Shown: positions 45,713-55,773, counted from the first letter of the stretch. The stretch: 64,000 bases of DNA from Oscillospiraceae bacterium (GCA_900768705.1 CAAGEB010000007.1:3164-67163); one strand, 5' to 3'. Notes: generated by a model from the sequence alone, not told the origin. Translations and numbers: made by a program.

Positions 45713-47728
45713 TTATACTCTTGTGTTCAGTGATGTGCGCTTATCCGTGATCTTCGGGAAAATCTCCACAAGATTATGAGGATGCTTCAGCGGTGCAGTT
45801 TCAAAGGTTCTTGTATTGTAGCCGCTGGAACGGACAATTTTCGTCACCCTTTCCTTCATAGGCTCTATTTCCTTTTCAAATTTCGGCGGATAAAGAAGCG
45901 CAATATTCACTTCCTCGCCCAAAGCGTACATATCCACCTCAAACCTGCCAATACTCTCAACATCAAAGGTCAGGAACAGGTGATAATTCCGCTGTGTACC
46001 GGGAGTGTTGTTGGGATTGTTTTCGTCGTTGTCCACCCACAGTTCTCCGAATGCTCTGGTTCCGTTAACATCCAGCGGAAGTATGTAATGGGCAAGAGGC
46101 GTGAAAACCCCCGGCGCATTCAGCAGGCTTTGCAGAAGATTTGCAGCATTGAAGCTGTCAAGAGATTTAAGAGCGGGATTGTTGATATTCTTTTCAATAA
46201 AATCGGTAAGATGATCGAGAGTGGAGCTTACCGGAGGACGGACTCCGTGCTGAGGAAGCTCGTTTTTCACCGCCATTTTGTCGATAATTTCCACAAACAC
46301 CCCGTAAAGCCGCTCCCGAAGCGGAATATCCGGCATATCACGAAGCATCGAATTCAGCGTGTCAATAAGCTCCTGCATTGTGTTGACCTTGCCGAAATCC
46401 GCAAGCATCAGGCTTATCTGCTCTTCACCGTCGGCAGTCTGGGGGAAAAGGCTCTTTACTATGGTCTGAAGTGCCTCCATACCGCCGAATTTTCCGCGAT
46501 TGTACCCTGCAAGAATATGCTCCACATTAAATCCCGACTCTTTGAGCTGCTGCATATATCCCCGCTCGCTCATGGTTTCATTGAGATATTTGTGCCAACC
46601 TGTCAACTGAGATTCAGAATCACCCTCGGATTCTTCTGCGTTTTCGCCAAAAATATTGTCCGAATTTTTGATATTTTGCTGATTTTGTATATTTTCCCCC
46701 TCAAAATCCGATATTTTATCCTGCGAATTAGGGGAAAGTGGTTGATTTTGTTGTTGGTTTGTTGTATAATTAAGGTTAGAGACTTCTCCTGAATTTGTTT
46801 CGCCGAAGGACATCTTTCCAACCGATTCCATTGTCTGAGGATTCTGCATCGGCTTTTTATCAAAAATAGCCGAATACAGACGGTTGAATGAATTTTTCAG
46901 CGATTCCCGGAGAGTGCCGGAAGAAATCTGCGTAAGCAGCAGGTTAAAGTATTCCTTGCACATATACGGGCTGTTGTTGTATCGGGACAGATTGTGAACG
47001 ATAAGAGGAATCAGCATTTGGGTTTTATCGTCGTTCAGCAGGCTGCTGCTCACATCCTTCAGGATTGAAAGAGTTTCTCCCTTGAGATAATCGAAATACT
47101 GATCCGCATCCTCCGCACCCCACTCCTGCGAAAGATTAAGCAGTCTTGCCGAGAGCTTTTCATTCGGCGAATAATATTCCGAAAGGAATTTCAGATTTGC
47201 ACGGAGCGCACCGAGAATTTCATTTTTGTTCTGGGCAAAGTTGATGGACTTCAGCAGATTTCCTATAAGCTCCTTTGTGTTCGGGTCGGTGGTGGTTTTG
47301 GCAACCTCCCGCAGAACATCGTAGAATTCATGACCGGAGAACATAGTGTTCTGCTGCTCCTGATTCTGAATTTCACGGACAAGCTCCTCTGGGGTGACAT
47401 AAAGCTCCGACGCAAGATTTTCAAGGCTGCCGTAAAGCTCGGTATGACCTGTGATAAGCGCCTGGTTGAGAACCTCCACATTCAGAAGATCCTTCAGCGT
47501 CTCCACTGCGAGGGTGGGATCCTTTGCCACCTGAACCTGCATAGGGATAAGCTCCCGATTGCTTAAAGCAAGCTGGCTCTTCGCCGCAGAATCTGAATTC
47601 ACCCCCGAAGCTCCCACACCGGTGAGCTTGACAATATCAAAAGGCTCGGTGTTTTCGTCCTGCTGTCTGGGGCTGTAGTTATAGTTCTTGGCGGTTATGG
47701 GGTTGTTGATTTGTGGAATTTGTGCCAT
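45713..47728 (-). CDS. large hypothetical protein with a FliK-like (hook-length control) C-terminal module
   Basis: 671 aa with a Q/N-rich central linker. The C-terminal LFLTFDVESIGRFEVDMYALGEEVNIALLYP block resembles the Flg_hook fold pattern. Sits upstream of the FlhB-CTD gene. The functional call is an inference. Confidence 0.45.
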   Translation of the reverse strand: MAQIPQINNPITAKNYNYSPRQQDENTEPFDIVKLTGVGASGVNSDSAAKSQLALSNRELIPMQVQVAKDPTLAVETLKDLLNVEVLNQALITGHTELYGSLENLASELYVTPEELVREIQNQEQQNTMFSGHEFYDVLREVAKTTTDPNTKELIGNLLKSINFAQNKNEILGALRANLKFLSEYYSPNEKLSARLLNLSQEWGAEDADQYFDYLKGETLSILKDVSSSLLNDDKTQMLIPLIVHNLSRYNNSPYMCKEYFNLLLTQISSGTLRESLKNSFNRLYSAIFDKKPMQNPQTMESVGKMSFGETNSGEVSNLNYTTNQQQNQPLSPNSQDKISDFEGENIQNQQNIKNSDNIFGENAEESEGDSESQLTGWHKYLNETMSERGYMQQLKESGFNVEHILAGYNRGKFGGMEALQTIVKSLFPQTADGEEQISLMLADFGKVNTMQELIDTLNSMLRDMPDIPLRERLYGVFVEIIDKMAVKNELPQHGVRPPVSSTLDHLTDFIEKNINNPALKSLDSFNAANLLQSLLNAPGVFTPLAHYILPLDVNGTRAFGELWVDNDENNPNNTPGTQRNYHLFLTFDVESIGRFEVDMYALGEEVNIALLYPPKFEKEIEPMKERVTKIVRSSGYNTRTFETAPLKHPHNLVEIFPKITDKRTSLNTRV

Positions 47729-47908
47729 TGTATTCCCTCCCGGAATGCATTGATGGGGTAGTTACTACTCTATATTCTAGCACAATCCGCATAAATAATA
47801 AAGGGCTTTTTAAAAAATATTTTGGTTTTGCGCCAAGATTTTACATATATGTAAATACGAGAAACGGAATTACATACGCTTCGGCGTATTCGGAAAGGAA
47901 CTGATATT

Positions 47909-50032
47909 ATGGCTAAAATCGAACCCGGTATGGAAGCAATGCTTGATATGTACTTCTACGAGACCAACTCTCTTCTTGAACAGCTGGATGAAATCCTTTT
48001 GCGGACAGAGCAGGCAAACGCCTTTGAAAGCGAGGATATCAAGGAAATATTCCGTATTATGCATACAATCAAAGGCTCTTCCGCAATGATGGGCTTTGAT
48101 AATCTGTCCGTTCTGGCACACAAAGCGGAGGATATGTTCTTTGTTATCCGTGAAAACCCGGATGTTATAACTGATGTAAGCTTTGTGTACGACCTTGTGT
48201 TCCAGGTATCCGATTCCTACAAAGCGCAAATCGAAGCTATTCAGAATAATGTGAGCGGCGAGTATGAGCAGATGAATTTTGACGAACTCATCGACAAGCT
48301 GCTCAAAGCCCGTGATACCCTTGTAGGTGAAACAAAGGGCGAGGCTCCGGCGGCTTCCGCACCCTCTGCTCCTGCTCCCGCTGCACCGACAGCTTCGGCA
48401 GCTCCCGCTGCGGCTGCTGCGGACGACGGAAGAACCACAGTCCGTGTTTTCTTTGAGGACGGCTGCCAGATGGAAAATCTGAGAGCATTCCTGCTTATTA
48501 ATACAATCCGTGAGGAATGTTCTTTCCTGGACTTTATTCCAAAGGATGTGGAAACCAATCCCGAAACCTCAAAGGATATTATCGAACACGGTTTCCTTGT
48601 TACATTTGTTTCTCAGGACAATAATCCCAAAACAGTAATCAATATGATTGAATCGGCTCTGAATGTTCAGTCCTACGAGATTGTTGCAAATCCTGCGCCT
48701 TCCGCTTCCTCTGCTCAGGCAGTAGTTCCTCCCGAGCCTGCAAAGTCGGCAGAAGCACCCAAGCCCGCCGCTCCAAAGCCTGCGGAACCCGAAAAGAATC
48801 AGTCTGCCGTTGAAAAGGCTCAGGCTGCGGTTGCAAGTGCCTTGGGTCAGGGCGGTGCTCAGAAGCAGAATCTTATCAGCGTAAATCTGGCAAAGCTGGA
48901 CGCTTTGCATGATATTGTCGGTGAAATCATTACCACCGAATCCATGGTTATTTCCAACCCTGATCTGGAGGGTCTGGAGCTGGAAAGCTTCAGCAAGGCT
49001 GCCCGTGATCTGAAAAAGCTTACAGGTGAGCTTCAGGATACCGTTATGTCCATCAGAATGGTTCCTCTGGCAGGTGTTTTCCAGAAGATGAACAGAATAG
49101 TCCGCGATATGCGCAAGAAGCTGGGCAAAGAGGTTGACTTTGTTCTTGAGGGCGAGGATACAGAGGTTGATAAATCTATCGTTGACAGCCTGCAGGATCC
49201 CCTTATGCACCTTGTCAGAAACTGTATGGACCACGGCATTGAAGAAAATGTTCAGGACAGAATATATGCGGGCAAGCCCGAAAAGGGTACCATAAAGCTC
49301 ACTGCGCAGAATTCCTCCGGCGAGGTTATCATAACCGTTTCCGACGATGGTGCGGGCATTGATTCCTCCAAGGTTATGGCAAAGGCAAAGAGAATGGGCA
49401 TACTTACCAAGCCCGAAAGCGAATACACCGAAAAGGAAATCCAGAACCTTATTCTGCTTCCCGGCTTCTCTACCAACGAACAGGTAACGGAATTCTCCGG
49501 CAGAGGCGTGGGTATGGATGTGGTTAAGGCAAATGTGGAAAAGTGCAACGGAAATATCGTTGTAGATAGCAAGAAAGGCGTCGGAACCACATTTATCATC
49601 AAAATCCCGCTTACTCTGGCTATTATCGACGGCATGGAAATTACCGTCGGCGACATCGTATTCACTGTGCCTATCTCCACTATCCGTGAAAGCTTTAAGG
49701 TGGAATCCTCACAGATACTCCACGATACCGGAAGCAATGAGATGATAATGATCAGAGGCGTCTGCTATCCTATCCTTCGTATGCACGAAAAATTCGGTAT
49801 CGATACCGATATCACCAATCTGGAAGACGGTATTCTGCTGCTTGTGGAAACCGACAACAAGAGCGTGTGCATTTTCGCCGACAAGCTTATCGGCGAACAG
49901 CAGGTTGTTGTAAAGCCCTTCCCGAAGTATCTCGCACGCTACAATATCAAGGGCGAAGGACTTTCCGGCTGCACCATTATGGGCGACGGCAGCATTTCGC
50001 TGATTATCGACACCAACACGCTTATCGGTTAA
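47909..50032 (+). CDS. cheA: chemotaxis histidine kinase CheA
   Basis: HPt motif FRIMHTIKGSSAMMG, dimerisation domain, HATPase N/G boxes (HLVRNCMDHGIE, DDGAGID, GRGVGMD), C-terminal CheW-like domain. Confidence 0.95.
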   Translation: MAKIEPGMEAMLDMYFYETNSLLEQLDEILLRTEQANAFESEDIKEIFRIMHTIKGSSAMMGFDNLSVLAHKAEDMFFVIRENPDVITDVSFVYDLVFQVSDSYKAQIEAIQNNVSGEYEQMNFDELIDKLLKARDTLVGETKGEAPAASAPSAPAPAAPTASAAPAAAAADDGRTTVRVFFEDGCQMENLRAFLLINTIREECSFLDFIPKDVETNPETSKDIIEHGFLVTFVSQDNNPKTVINMIESALNVQSYEIVANPAPSASSAQAVVPPEPAKSAEAPKPAAPKPAEPEKNQSAVEKAQAAVASALGQGGAQKQNLISVNLAKLDALHDIVGEIITTESMVISNPDLEGLELESFSKAARDLKKLTGELQDTVMSIRMVPLAGVFQKMNRIVRDMRKKLGKEVDFVLEGEDTEVDKSIVDSLQDPLMHLVRNCMDHGIEENVQDRIYAGKPEKGTIKLTAQNSSGEVIITVSDDGAGIDSSKVMAKAKRMGILTKPESEYTEKEIQNLILLPGFSTNEQVTEFSGRGVGMDVVKANVEKCNGNIVVDSKKGVGTTFIIKIPLTLAIIDGMEITVGDIVFTVPISTIRESFKVESSQILHDTGSNEMIMIRGVCYPILRMHEKFGIDTDITNLEDGILLLVETDNKSVCIFADKLIGEQQVVVKPFPKYLARYNIKGEGLSGCTIMGDGSISLIIDTNTLIG

Positions 50033-50045
50033 GGAGGGATTAACA

Positions 50046-50549
50046 ATGACCAGTGAAGTAATAAAGGAAGCAGTAGCAAAACAGCAATCAGGCGACAGAA
50101 AGCTTGCTGCGGATAACAGCGTTCTCGGAAAGGTTATGACCTTCAATATCGGGGATCAGGTTTATGGTATTGAGATACAGTATGTTACTGAAATTATCGG
50201 TATGCAGCACATCACAAAGGTACCCCATGTTCCCGACTATATCAAGGGAATCATAAATGTCCGCTCAAAGGTGGTTCCCATTGTGGATATCAGAGCTCGT
50301 TTCGGAAAGCCTGAAATTCCTTACACCACCCGCACCTGCATCATAACGCTTTCCTTTAACGAAACCTCTGTGGGCATTATCGTGGACAGCGTTGCGGATG
50401 TTGAGGATATTCACACCGGCGACATCTCCGCTGCCCCGGAAAACAAGAATGTAAATACCAACGATTTTATTCAGTATATGATTCGCTCAAAGGATAAGAC
50501 CAAGCTCATTCTTGATGTGGCAAAGCTTCTGGACGAACAGGAGAACTGA
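50046..50549 (+). CDS. cheW: chemotaxis coupling protein CheW
   Basis: 167 aa with VMTFNIGDQVYGIEIQYVTEII..VPIVDIRARFG. Confidence 0.92.
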   Translation: MTSEVIKEAVAKQQSGDRKLAADNSVLGKVMTFNIGDQVYGIEIQYVTEIIGMQHITKVPHVPDYIKGIINVRSKVVPIVDIRARFGKPEIPYTTRTCIITLSFNETSVGIIVDSVADVEDIHTGDISAAPENKNVNTNDFIQYMIRSKDKTKLILDVAKLLDEQEN

Positions 50550-50550
50550 A

Positions 50551-51372
50551 ATGGAAATTACCGAAGCTGAATTTCAACGGCTTGTAAAGTATATGTATGA
50601 CAACTTCGGCATAAATCTCTCCGCAAAAAAAGTCCTTATTCAAGGCAGACTGGGAAATATGCTTCGTGAGAGAGGCTTTAAAAGCTACGGTGAATATCTG
50701 GATACGGTTATGAACGACAAAACCGGCGCAGAAGTCACGGTTATTCTCAACAAGCTGACCACCAACCACACCTTCTTTATGCGGGAACCCGAGCATTACA
50801 CCTTTCTGAGGGATACTATCCTGCCCTATATGATGCAGACCTGCCAGAAGGATCACTCGCTAAGAATATGGAGTGCCGCCTGCTCCTCGGGCGAGGAATG
50901 CTATACCACCGCTATGCTTATAGACCAGTTCCTCGGAGCAGAAAAGGCTAAATGGGACACCCGCATTCTTGCTACCGATATATCACAAAAAGTCATAACC
51001 AAGGCCAAAGTCGGCATATATCAGGAAGAGGGAATGAAAGGGCTTTCCAACGAATGGAAATCCCGGTATTTCAACAAACTCAGCGACGGAACCTATGAGA
51101 TATGCCAATCCATTAAGGACGAGGTTGTTTTTAAAACCTTCAATCTGATGGATCCCATGCCGGAAAAATACAAATCAAAGCCATTTGATCTGATTTTTTG
51201 CAGAAATGTTATGATTTATTTCGACCTGCCCACAAAACAGGCATTGGTGGAAAGATTTTATGATGTTGTAAAGCCGGGCGGATATTTCTTTATCGGTCAC
51301 GCCGAAAGCATTAACCGCTCCGACACACGATTCAAATACATAAAGCCCGCTATTTACCGCCGTCCCGAATAA
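50551..51372 (+). CDS. cheR: chemotaxis protein methyltransferase CheR
   Basis: All-alpha N domain plus SAM motif RIWSAACSSGEECYT and FCRNVMIYFD. ATG 50551 lies 2 nt after the cheW stop. Confidence 0.93.
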   Translation: MEITEAEFQRLVKYMYDNFGINLSAKKVLIQGRLGNMLRERGFKSYGEYLDTVMNDKTGAEVTVILNKLTTNHTFFMREPEHYTFLRDTILPYMMQTCQKDHSLRIWSAACSSGEECYTTAMLIDQFLGAEKAKWDTRILATDISQKVITKAKVGIYQEEGMKGLSNEWKSRYFNKLSDGTYEICQSIKDEVVFKTFNLMDPMPEKYKSKPFDLIFCRNVMIYFDLPTKQALVERFYDVVKPGGYFFIGHAESINRSDTRFKYIKPAIYRRPE

Positions 51373-51428
51373 TGCGTACCGCACAGACGGTTGCTGTGCG
51401 GTAATTCTTTGCAAGGAGTAATTTAGCT

Positions 51429-52577
51429 ATGAGTAGAATAAAGCTGCTGGTTGTTGACGACTCCATATTGTTCAGGGAAGTAATGTCTCGATTTATTCAA
51501 CAGGATGATATGATTGAAATTGTGGGAAAGGCGGGGGACGCTTACTCCGCAAGGGATATGATTCTGAAATATCAGCCGGATGTTATGACTCTGGATCTGG
51601 AAATGCCCAGAATGGACGGAGTTGCATTTCTCAGAAAGCTCCTGCCTCAGTATTATATTCCTACAATCGTGGTTTCGGGTTCAGAAGAACAGAAGTCAAT
51701 TTGCAAAGATGCGGGAGCAGTGGAATTCATAGCAAAGCCGTCCGCCCGCACCAATGAGGAAATGGCGAAATTCGCCTCGGAACTCTGTTCTGCCATAAAA
51801 GCCTCTTTTAAGCAGAAAAATGTCAGAGGTGGTCTTTCGGGAACCTCCCGCAGCAGCTCGGTGGATTACTCAAGGGTTGCGGCTATGGCGGAAAATGCGG
51901 TTTCCGCCGCAAGGCAAACCGTTTCTTCAATACGAGATATGCAAAGCAGACGCCCTCGTGAGGAGAAAGTACCCACTGTGGTGGGAGAAAAGCACACAAA
52001 GCTGAAAAAAGCCGAAGCTGTTATCGCTCTGGGAGCTTCCACCGGAGGCACGGAGGCTCTGGAACAGGTTGTCAGAATGTTTCCCGAGGACACCCCGCCG
52101 GTGGTAATCGTTCAGCACATGCCCGCAGGATTTACAAAAATGTATTCCGACCGTCTGAACCGTTCCTGCAAAATGGAAGTCAAGGAAGCGGAGGACGGCG
52201 ACCGACTCCGCAGCGGGCTGATTATTGTGGGTGCGGGAGACAATCATCTTAGGCTGTGCAAAGACAGCAAGGGTTATTATGTCAGCTCAAAGCCCGGCGA
52301 AAAGGTATCGGGACATTGCCCCTCCGTTGATGTGCTGTTCACATCGGTGGCTGAAATCGCAGGAGACAAGGCAATCGGAGCTATCCTTACAGGAATGGGC
52401 AGAGACGGAGCGGAGGGTCTGCTGAAAATGCGGCAGACAGGCGCATTTACCATAGGTCAGGATCGGGAAACCTGCGTAGTGTACGGTATGCCGATGGAAG
52501 CCTATAAGCTTGGCGCAGTAGAGGTTCAGGCTCCGCTCTATAAAATTGCGGATATTATTCTTAACGATCTAATCTGA
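51429..52577 (+). CDS. cheB: chemotaxis response regulator / protein-glutamate methylesterase CheB
   Basis: REC domain (LVVDDS..DVMTLDLEMPRMDG) plus methylesterase GASTGG, HMP, GMGRDG. The inter-domain linker is long. Confidence 0.93.
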   Translation: MSRIKLLVVDDSILFREVMSRFIQQDDMIEIVGKAGDAYSARDMILKYQPDVMTLDLEMPRMDGVAFLRKLLPQYYIPTIVVSGSEEQKSICKDAGAVEFIAKPSARTNEEMAKFASELCSAIKASFKQKNVRGGLSGTSRSSSVDYSRVAAMAENAVSAARQTVSSIRDMQSRRPREEKVPTVVGEKHTKLKKAEAVIALGASTGGTEALEQVVRMFPEDTPPVVIVQHMPAGFTKMYSDRLNRSCKMEVKEAEDGDRLRSGLIIVGAGDNHLRLCKDSKGYYVSSKPGEKVSGHCPSVDVLFTSVAEIAGDKAIGAILTGMGRDGAEGLLKMRQTGAFTIGQDRETCVVYGMPMEAYKLGAVEVQAPLYKIADIILNDLI

Positions 52578-52671
52578 AAACAATTAAATTGTGCTTTTAA
52601 GCCCCTTCCGACAAGCCGGAAGGGGGCGGCAAGCCGCTGTTTCCCAACCCGTGTACCCCGGGAGGTGATTC

Positions 52672-52718
52672 CCAACGGTACATTGCAGAGTACCGTTGGG
52701 AATTGTCAGCGGTGCAAA
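52672..52718 (+). repeat. dispersed intergenic repeat, copy C
   Basis: ATTCCCAACGGTAC-ATTGCAGA-GTACCGTTGGGAAT 14-bp hairpin, then TGTCAGCGGTG. 31/35 identical to 8146-8180. Confidence 0.7.
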
Positions 52719-52779
52719 CAGGATGTTAGCGCAGTTGCCCTCTATCTCCAATGTCAGCCTAAGAGAGGGCTTTTTCAAC

Positions 52780-52815
52780 AAGCTAAAGGGCAATGATTGA
52801 ATTGATCATTGCCCT
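52780..52815. terminator. intrinsic terminator between the convergent cheB and rny genes
   Basis: AGGGCAATGAT / ATCATTGCCCT 11-bp stem, 7-nt loop, then CTTTT. Confidence 0.75.
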
Positions 52816-52823
52816 CTTTTGAT

Positions 52824-54428
52824 TTATTTTGCGTAATCCACAATTCTGCTTTCGCGGATCATATTTACCTTTATCTGACCGGGATACTCCATTTCCGTTT
52901 CGATACGCTTTGCAATATCTCTTGCCAGAACCTTCATATCGTCGTCGTTGATCTGATCGGGTTTAACCATAATACGAACTTCACGGCCTGCCTGAATAGC
53001 GAAGGATTTTTCAACCCCGCTGTAGGAATTGCAGATATCCTCCAGCTTTTGCAGACGCTTGATATAGTTCTCATAGTTCTCGCTTCTTGCGGCGGGACGG
53101 GCTGCACTGATGGCGTCTGCCGCCTGAACTAAGCAGGCGATAACCGTTCTGCATTCCACATCTCCGTGGTGTGCCTCAATAGCGTGGATAACCTCGGGAC
53201 TTTCCTTATACTTTTTGCACACATCAACGCCGATCTGGACATGAGTGCCTTCAATTTCGTGATCCAAAGCCTTGCCTATATCGTGGAGCAAACCTGCTCT
53301 GCGTGCAAGAGCTGCGTCAACGCCAAGCTCGCTTGCCATAATTCCCGCCAGATGTGCAACCTCAATGGAGTGATTCAGCACATTCTGACCAAAGGACGAT
53401 CTGTATCTCAGACGGCCAAGTAAACGGATAAGCTCGTGATTCAGACCATTGACATTGGTTTCGAGAACAGCCCGCTGACCTTCCTGCTTAATCTTCTGTT
53501 CAACCTCACGGCGAGCCTTTTCGACGGTTTCCTCAATTCTCGCCGGATGAATTCGTCCGTCCTGAATGAGCTTTTCAAGTGCAATCCTTGCTATTTCACG
53601 GCGAAGCTGATCATAGCAGGAAAGAGTGATTGCCTCGGGGGTATCGTCAATAATGAGGTCAACTCCGGTAAGAGTTTCAAGGGCACGGATATTTCTGCCC
53701 TCACGGCCGATAATACGACCTTTCATTTCATCGTTGGGAATGGGTACCACAGATACTGCCGCTTCGGAAACGGTATCTGCAGCCAGTCTGGAAATTGCAA
53801 GAGATATGTATTCTCTTGCCTTGTCATCGCACTCGTCCTTGAGCTTTTGCTCATAGGCGGAAATTTTCACTGCCTTTTCGTGGTTAAGCTCGGTGTCAAG
53901 TGCCTGAAGAAGATGTTCCTTTGCCTGCTCGGTGGTAAAGCCGGAGATTTTCTCGAGAACCTCCATCTGGCTTGCCTTGAGCTGCTCGGCTTCGGCAATT
54001 TTCTCATCTGCCTTTTTGTGCTTCTGATGGAGCTGTTCTTCCAGCTTTTCCATCTTGTCGGTTTTCTTGTCGAGATTTTCTTCCTTCTGCGCAATACGCC
54101 GCTCGGATCTGGAAACTTCGCCTCTGCGTTCTTTCAGTTCCTTTTCGGTATCCGATTTCATACGGGCAATTTCTTTTTCGGCATCGGTTCTCAGAGCGTA
54201 GATTTCATCCTTCGCTTCGACAAGTGCGGTCTTTTTGAGAGCTTCTGCTTTTTCGGAAGCTTCCTCGACAATTCTTGCGGACTCCTTTTCGGCAGATTCA
54301 AACTGTGCTTCCGCAGTTCTGATACGGTGTCTGATACCGAACCGGAAGCAGATAAATCCGCTGATAACGCCGCCCACAAGCAAAGCTGCCACGCCAATAA
54401 GCACGGCAACATACATTGGGACATTCAT
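52824..54428 (-). CDS. rny: ribonuclease Y
   Basis: N-terminal TM helix, long coiled coil, KH domain ([13 protein letters not shown]), HD domain ([20 protein letters not shown]). ATG 54428 follows AAGGAGGGG. Confidence 0.95.
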   Translation of the reverse strand: MNVPMYVAVLIGVAALLVGGVISGFICFRFGIRHRIRTAEAQFESAEKESARIVEEASEKAEALKKTALVEAKDEIYALRTDAEKEIARMKSDTEKELKERRGEVSRSERRIAQKEENLDKKTDKMEKLEEQLHQKHKKADEKIAEAEQLKASQMEVLEKISGFTTEQAKEHLLQALDTELNHEKAVKISAYEQKLKDECDDKAREYISLAISRLAADTVSEAAVSVVPIPNDEMKGRIIGREGRNIRALETLTGVDLIIDDTPEAITLSCYDQLRREIARIALEKLIQDGRIHPARIEETVEKARREVEQKIKQEGQRAVLETNVNGLNHELIRLLGRLRYRSSFGQNVLNHSIEVAHLAGIMASELGVDAALARRAGLLHDIGKALDHEIEGTHVQIGVDVCKKYKESPEVIHAIEAHHGDVECRTVIACLVQAADAISAARPAARSENYENYIKRLQKLEDICNSYSGVEKSFAIQAGREVRIMVKPDQINDDDMKVLARDIAKRIETEMEYPGQIKVNMIRESRIVDYAK

Positions 54429-54943
54429 TGCTTTTTTCCCCTCCTTATAAAATTCGCAAGACACTGCGAAAAGAATAATTTGGCGGAACAAATATACAAT
54501 TTTCAGAATGCAGCCTATAACTCAATACCGGGCTGCGCAGTACCTCCCCACAACATTCAGTCTTAAATCCATATTTTCCGGTGTAATCATCTTCGCCCGG
54601 GGCATTTATCCCGCACAGCCGATTTTCGGAACCGGCAGCGAAGCTCTGTAAAGAAAGCGCAAAAGCGTAGAATAAAAGAATAACTGTAAATAAAAAGGAA
54701 TAATCCGTAAATCGTACATTATGCCGCCTTAAACGGTTATAATTAAAACAGCATCATAAACGTTAAAGCTCTCTATTTCTGTCGGAATATCAAGAGCTAC
54801 TTATATTTTACAACATATTGTCCGAATTGTCAAGGGAAAACCCCGGCGAATTTATATTTTTTTCCGATAATTTATATCAGATTGGCGATAAAGTTAACTA
54901 TTCGACAATTTGTATAGGAGAATTAGGCATAAATGATTATTGC

Positions 54944-54972
54944 TAAAAAAATTCCCCGGAATGACCGGGGAA
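54944..54972 (-). terminator. intrinsic terminator after queT
   Basis: TTCCCCGG / CCGGGGAA stem followed by T7 on the minus strand. Confidence 0.75.
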
Positions 54973-54990
54973 GTACGCTTATATCCAAGA

Positions 54991-55521
54991 TTATTTCACA
55001 TCTGACAAAACCGGATCGGAATTCGCCTTTCTTGTGCTTCCGATAAGCTTCATCAGATGAGAGCTGCGTTCAAACACCAGCTTGAACAGCAGGGTACCCA
55101 GAATTCCGATAACTGCCAACTCACCCAGAGCCACTGTCCCCGCACTGAACCAGAAAGGTTCTCCGCAGAGCCACAGCTCAAATCCCACAATAAAACCGTT
55201 ACTAACAATGGGCAGAAGAGCCGCCAGCCATATATTTTTCATATAGTACATAGGAATTACCGCCACGGCGGTTGCCAGCGTGCCGAAAATAATGTCGTAA
55301 ATTCCGAAGGGACTGAAAAGATTTGCGATAAAGCAGCCCAGTATCATTGAAATACTGTAATCCCTGCGGTAAAAGCACAGCAGCACCAGCACTTCCGACA
55401 CACGGAATTGCAATCCCATATAGGACAGCGGTGCGATTGCCACGGTAAGTACCGCATACAGTGCCGCCACTATTGCCAGACGGGCAATATTCTTCACTTC
55501 AAAAAAATCATTTTTGCGCAT
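54991..55521 (-). CDS. queT: queuosine-precursor transporter QueT (ECF S-component type)
   Basis: A multi-TM protein of 176 aa. It starts MRKNDFFEVKNIARLAIVAALYAVLT and sits directly downstream of a preQ1-I-like riboswitch. Confidence 0.8.
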   Translation of the reverse strand: MRKNDFFEVKNIARLAIVAALYAVLTVAIAPLSYMGLQFRVSEVLVLLCFYRRDYSISMILGCFIANLFSPFGIYDIIFGTLATAVAVIPMYYMKNIWLAALLPIVSNGFIVGFELWLCGEPFWFSAGTVALGELAVIGILGTLLFKLVFERSSHLMKLIGSTRKANSDPVLSDVK

Positions 55522-55529
55522 AAAAAAAG

Positions 55530-55569
55530 CTCCTTGTTTTTTTACAATGGTTATCAAGAACAACATTGT
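55530..55569 (-). promoter_or_regulatory. preQ1-I type riboswitch (H-type pseudoknot)
   Basis: On the minus strand: ACAATG-TTGTTCTTGATAAC-CATTGT-AAAAAAACAAGGAG. It has a 6-bp P1, an A-rich tail, and tail CAAG able to pair with loop CTTG, overlapping the SD 9 nt before the queT ATG. Confidence 0.6.
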
Positions 55570-55773
55570 ATGAATTATCGGAAAAACCGACTATCATATT
55601 ATAGCACAGTATTTATGGAATTGCAAGGGCAATTTCGGAAATTTTTCACGTTTTTGCTTTTTTCGGCTTGTTTTTCTCTCTGAATTCAGAAATCGCCTTT
55701 TGCCTTCGGCAAAGAACGGTTTCCGGACAAACTACCCGCAGTGTCTGTTATAGGCACTGCGGGCTTTTGTAAT

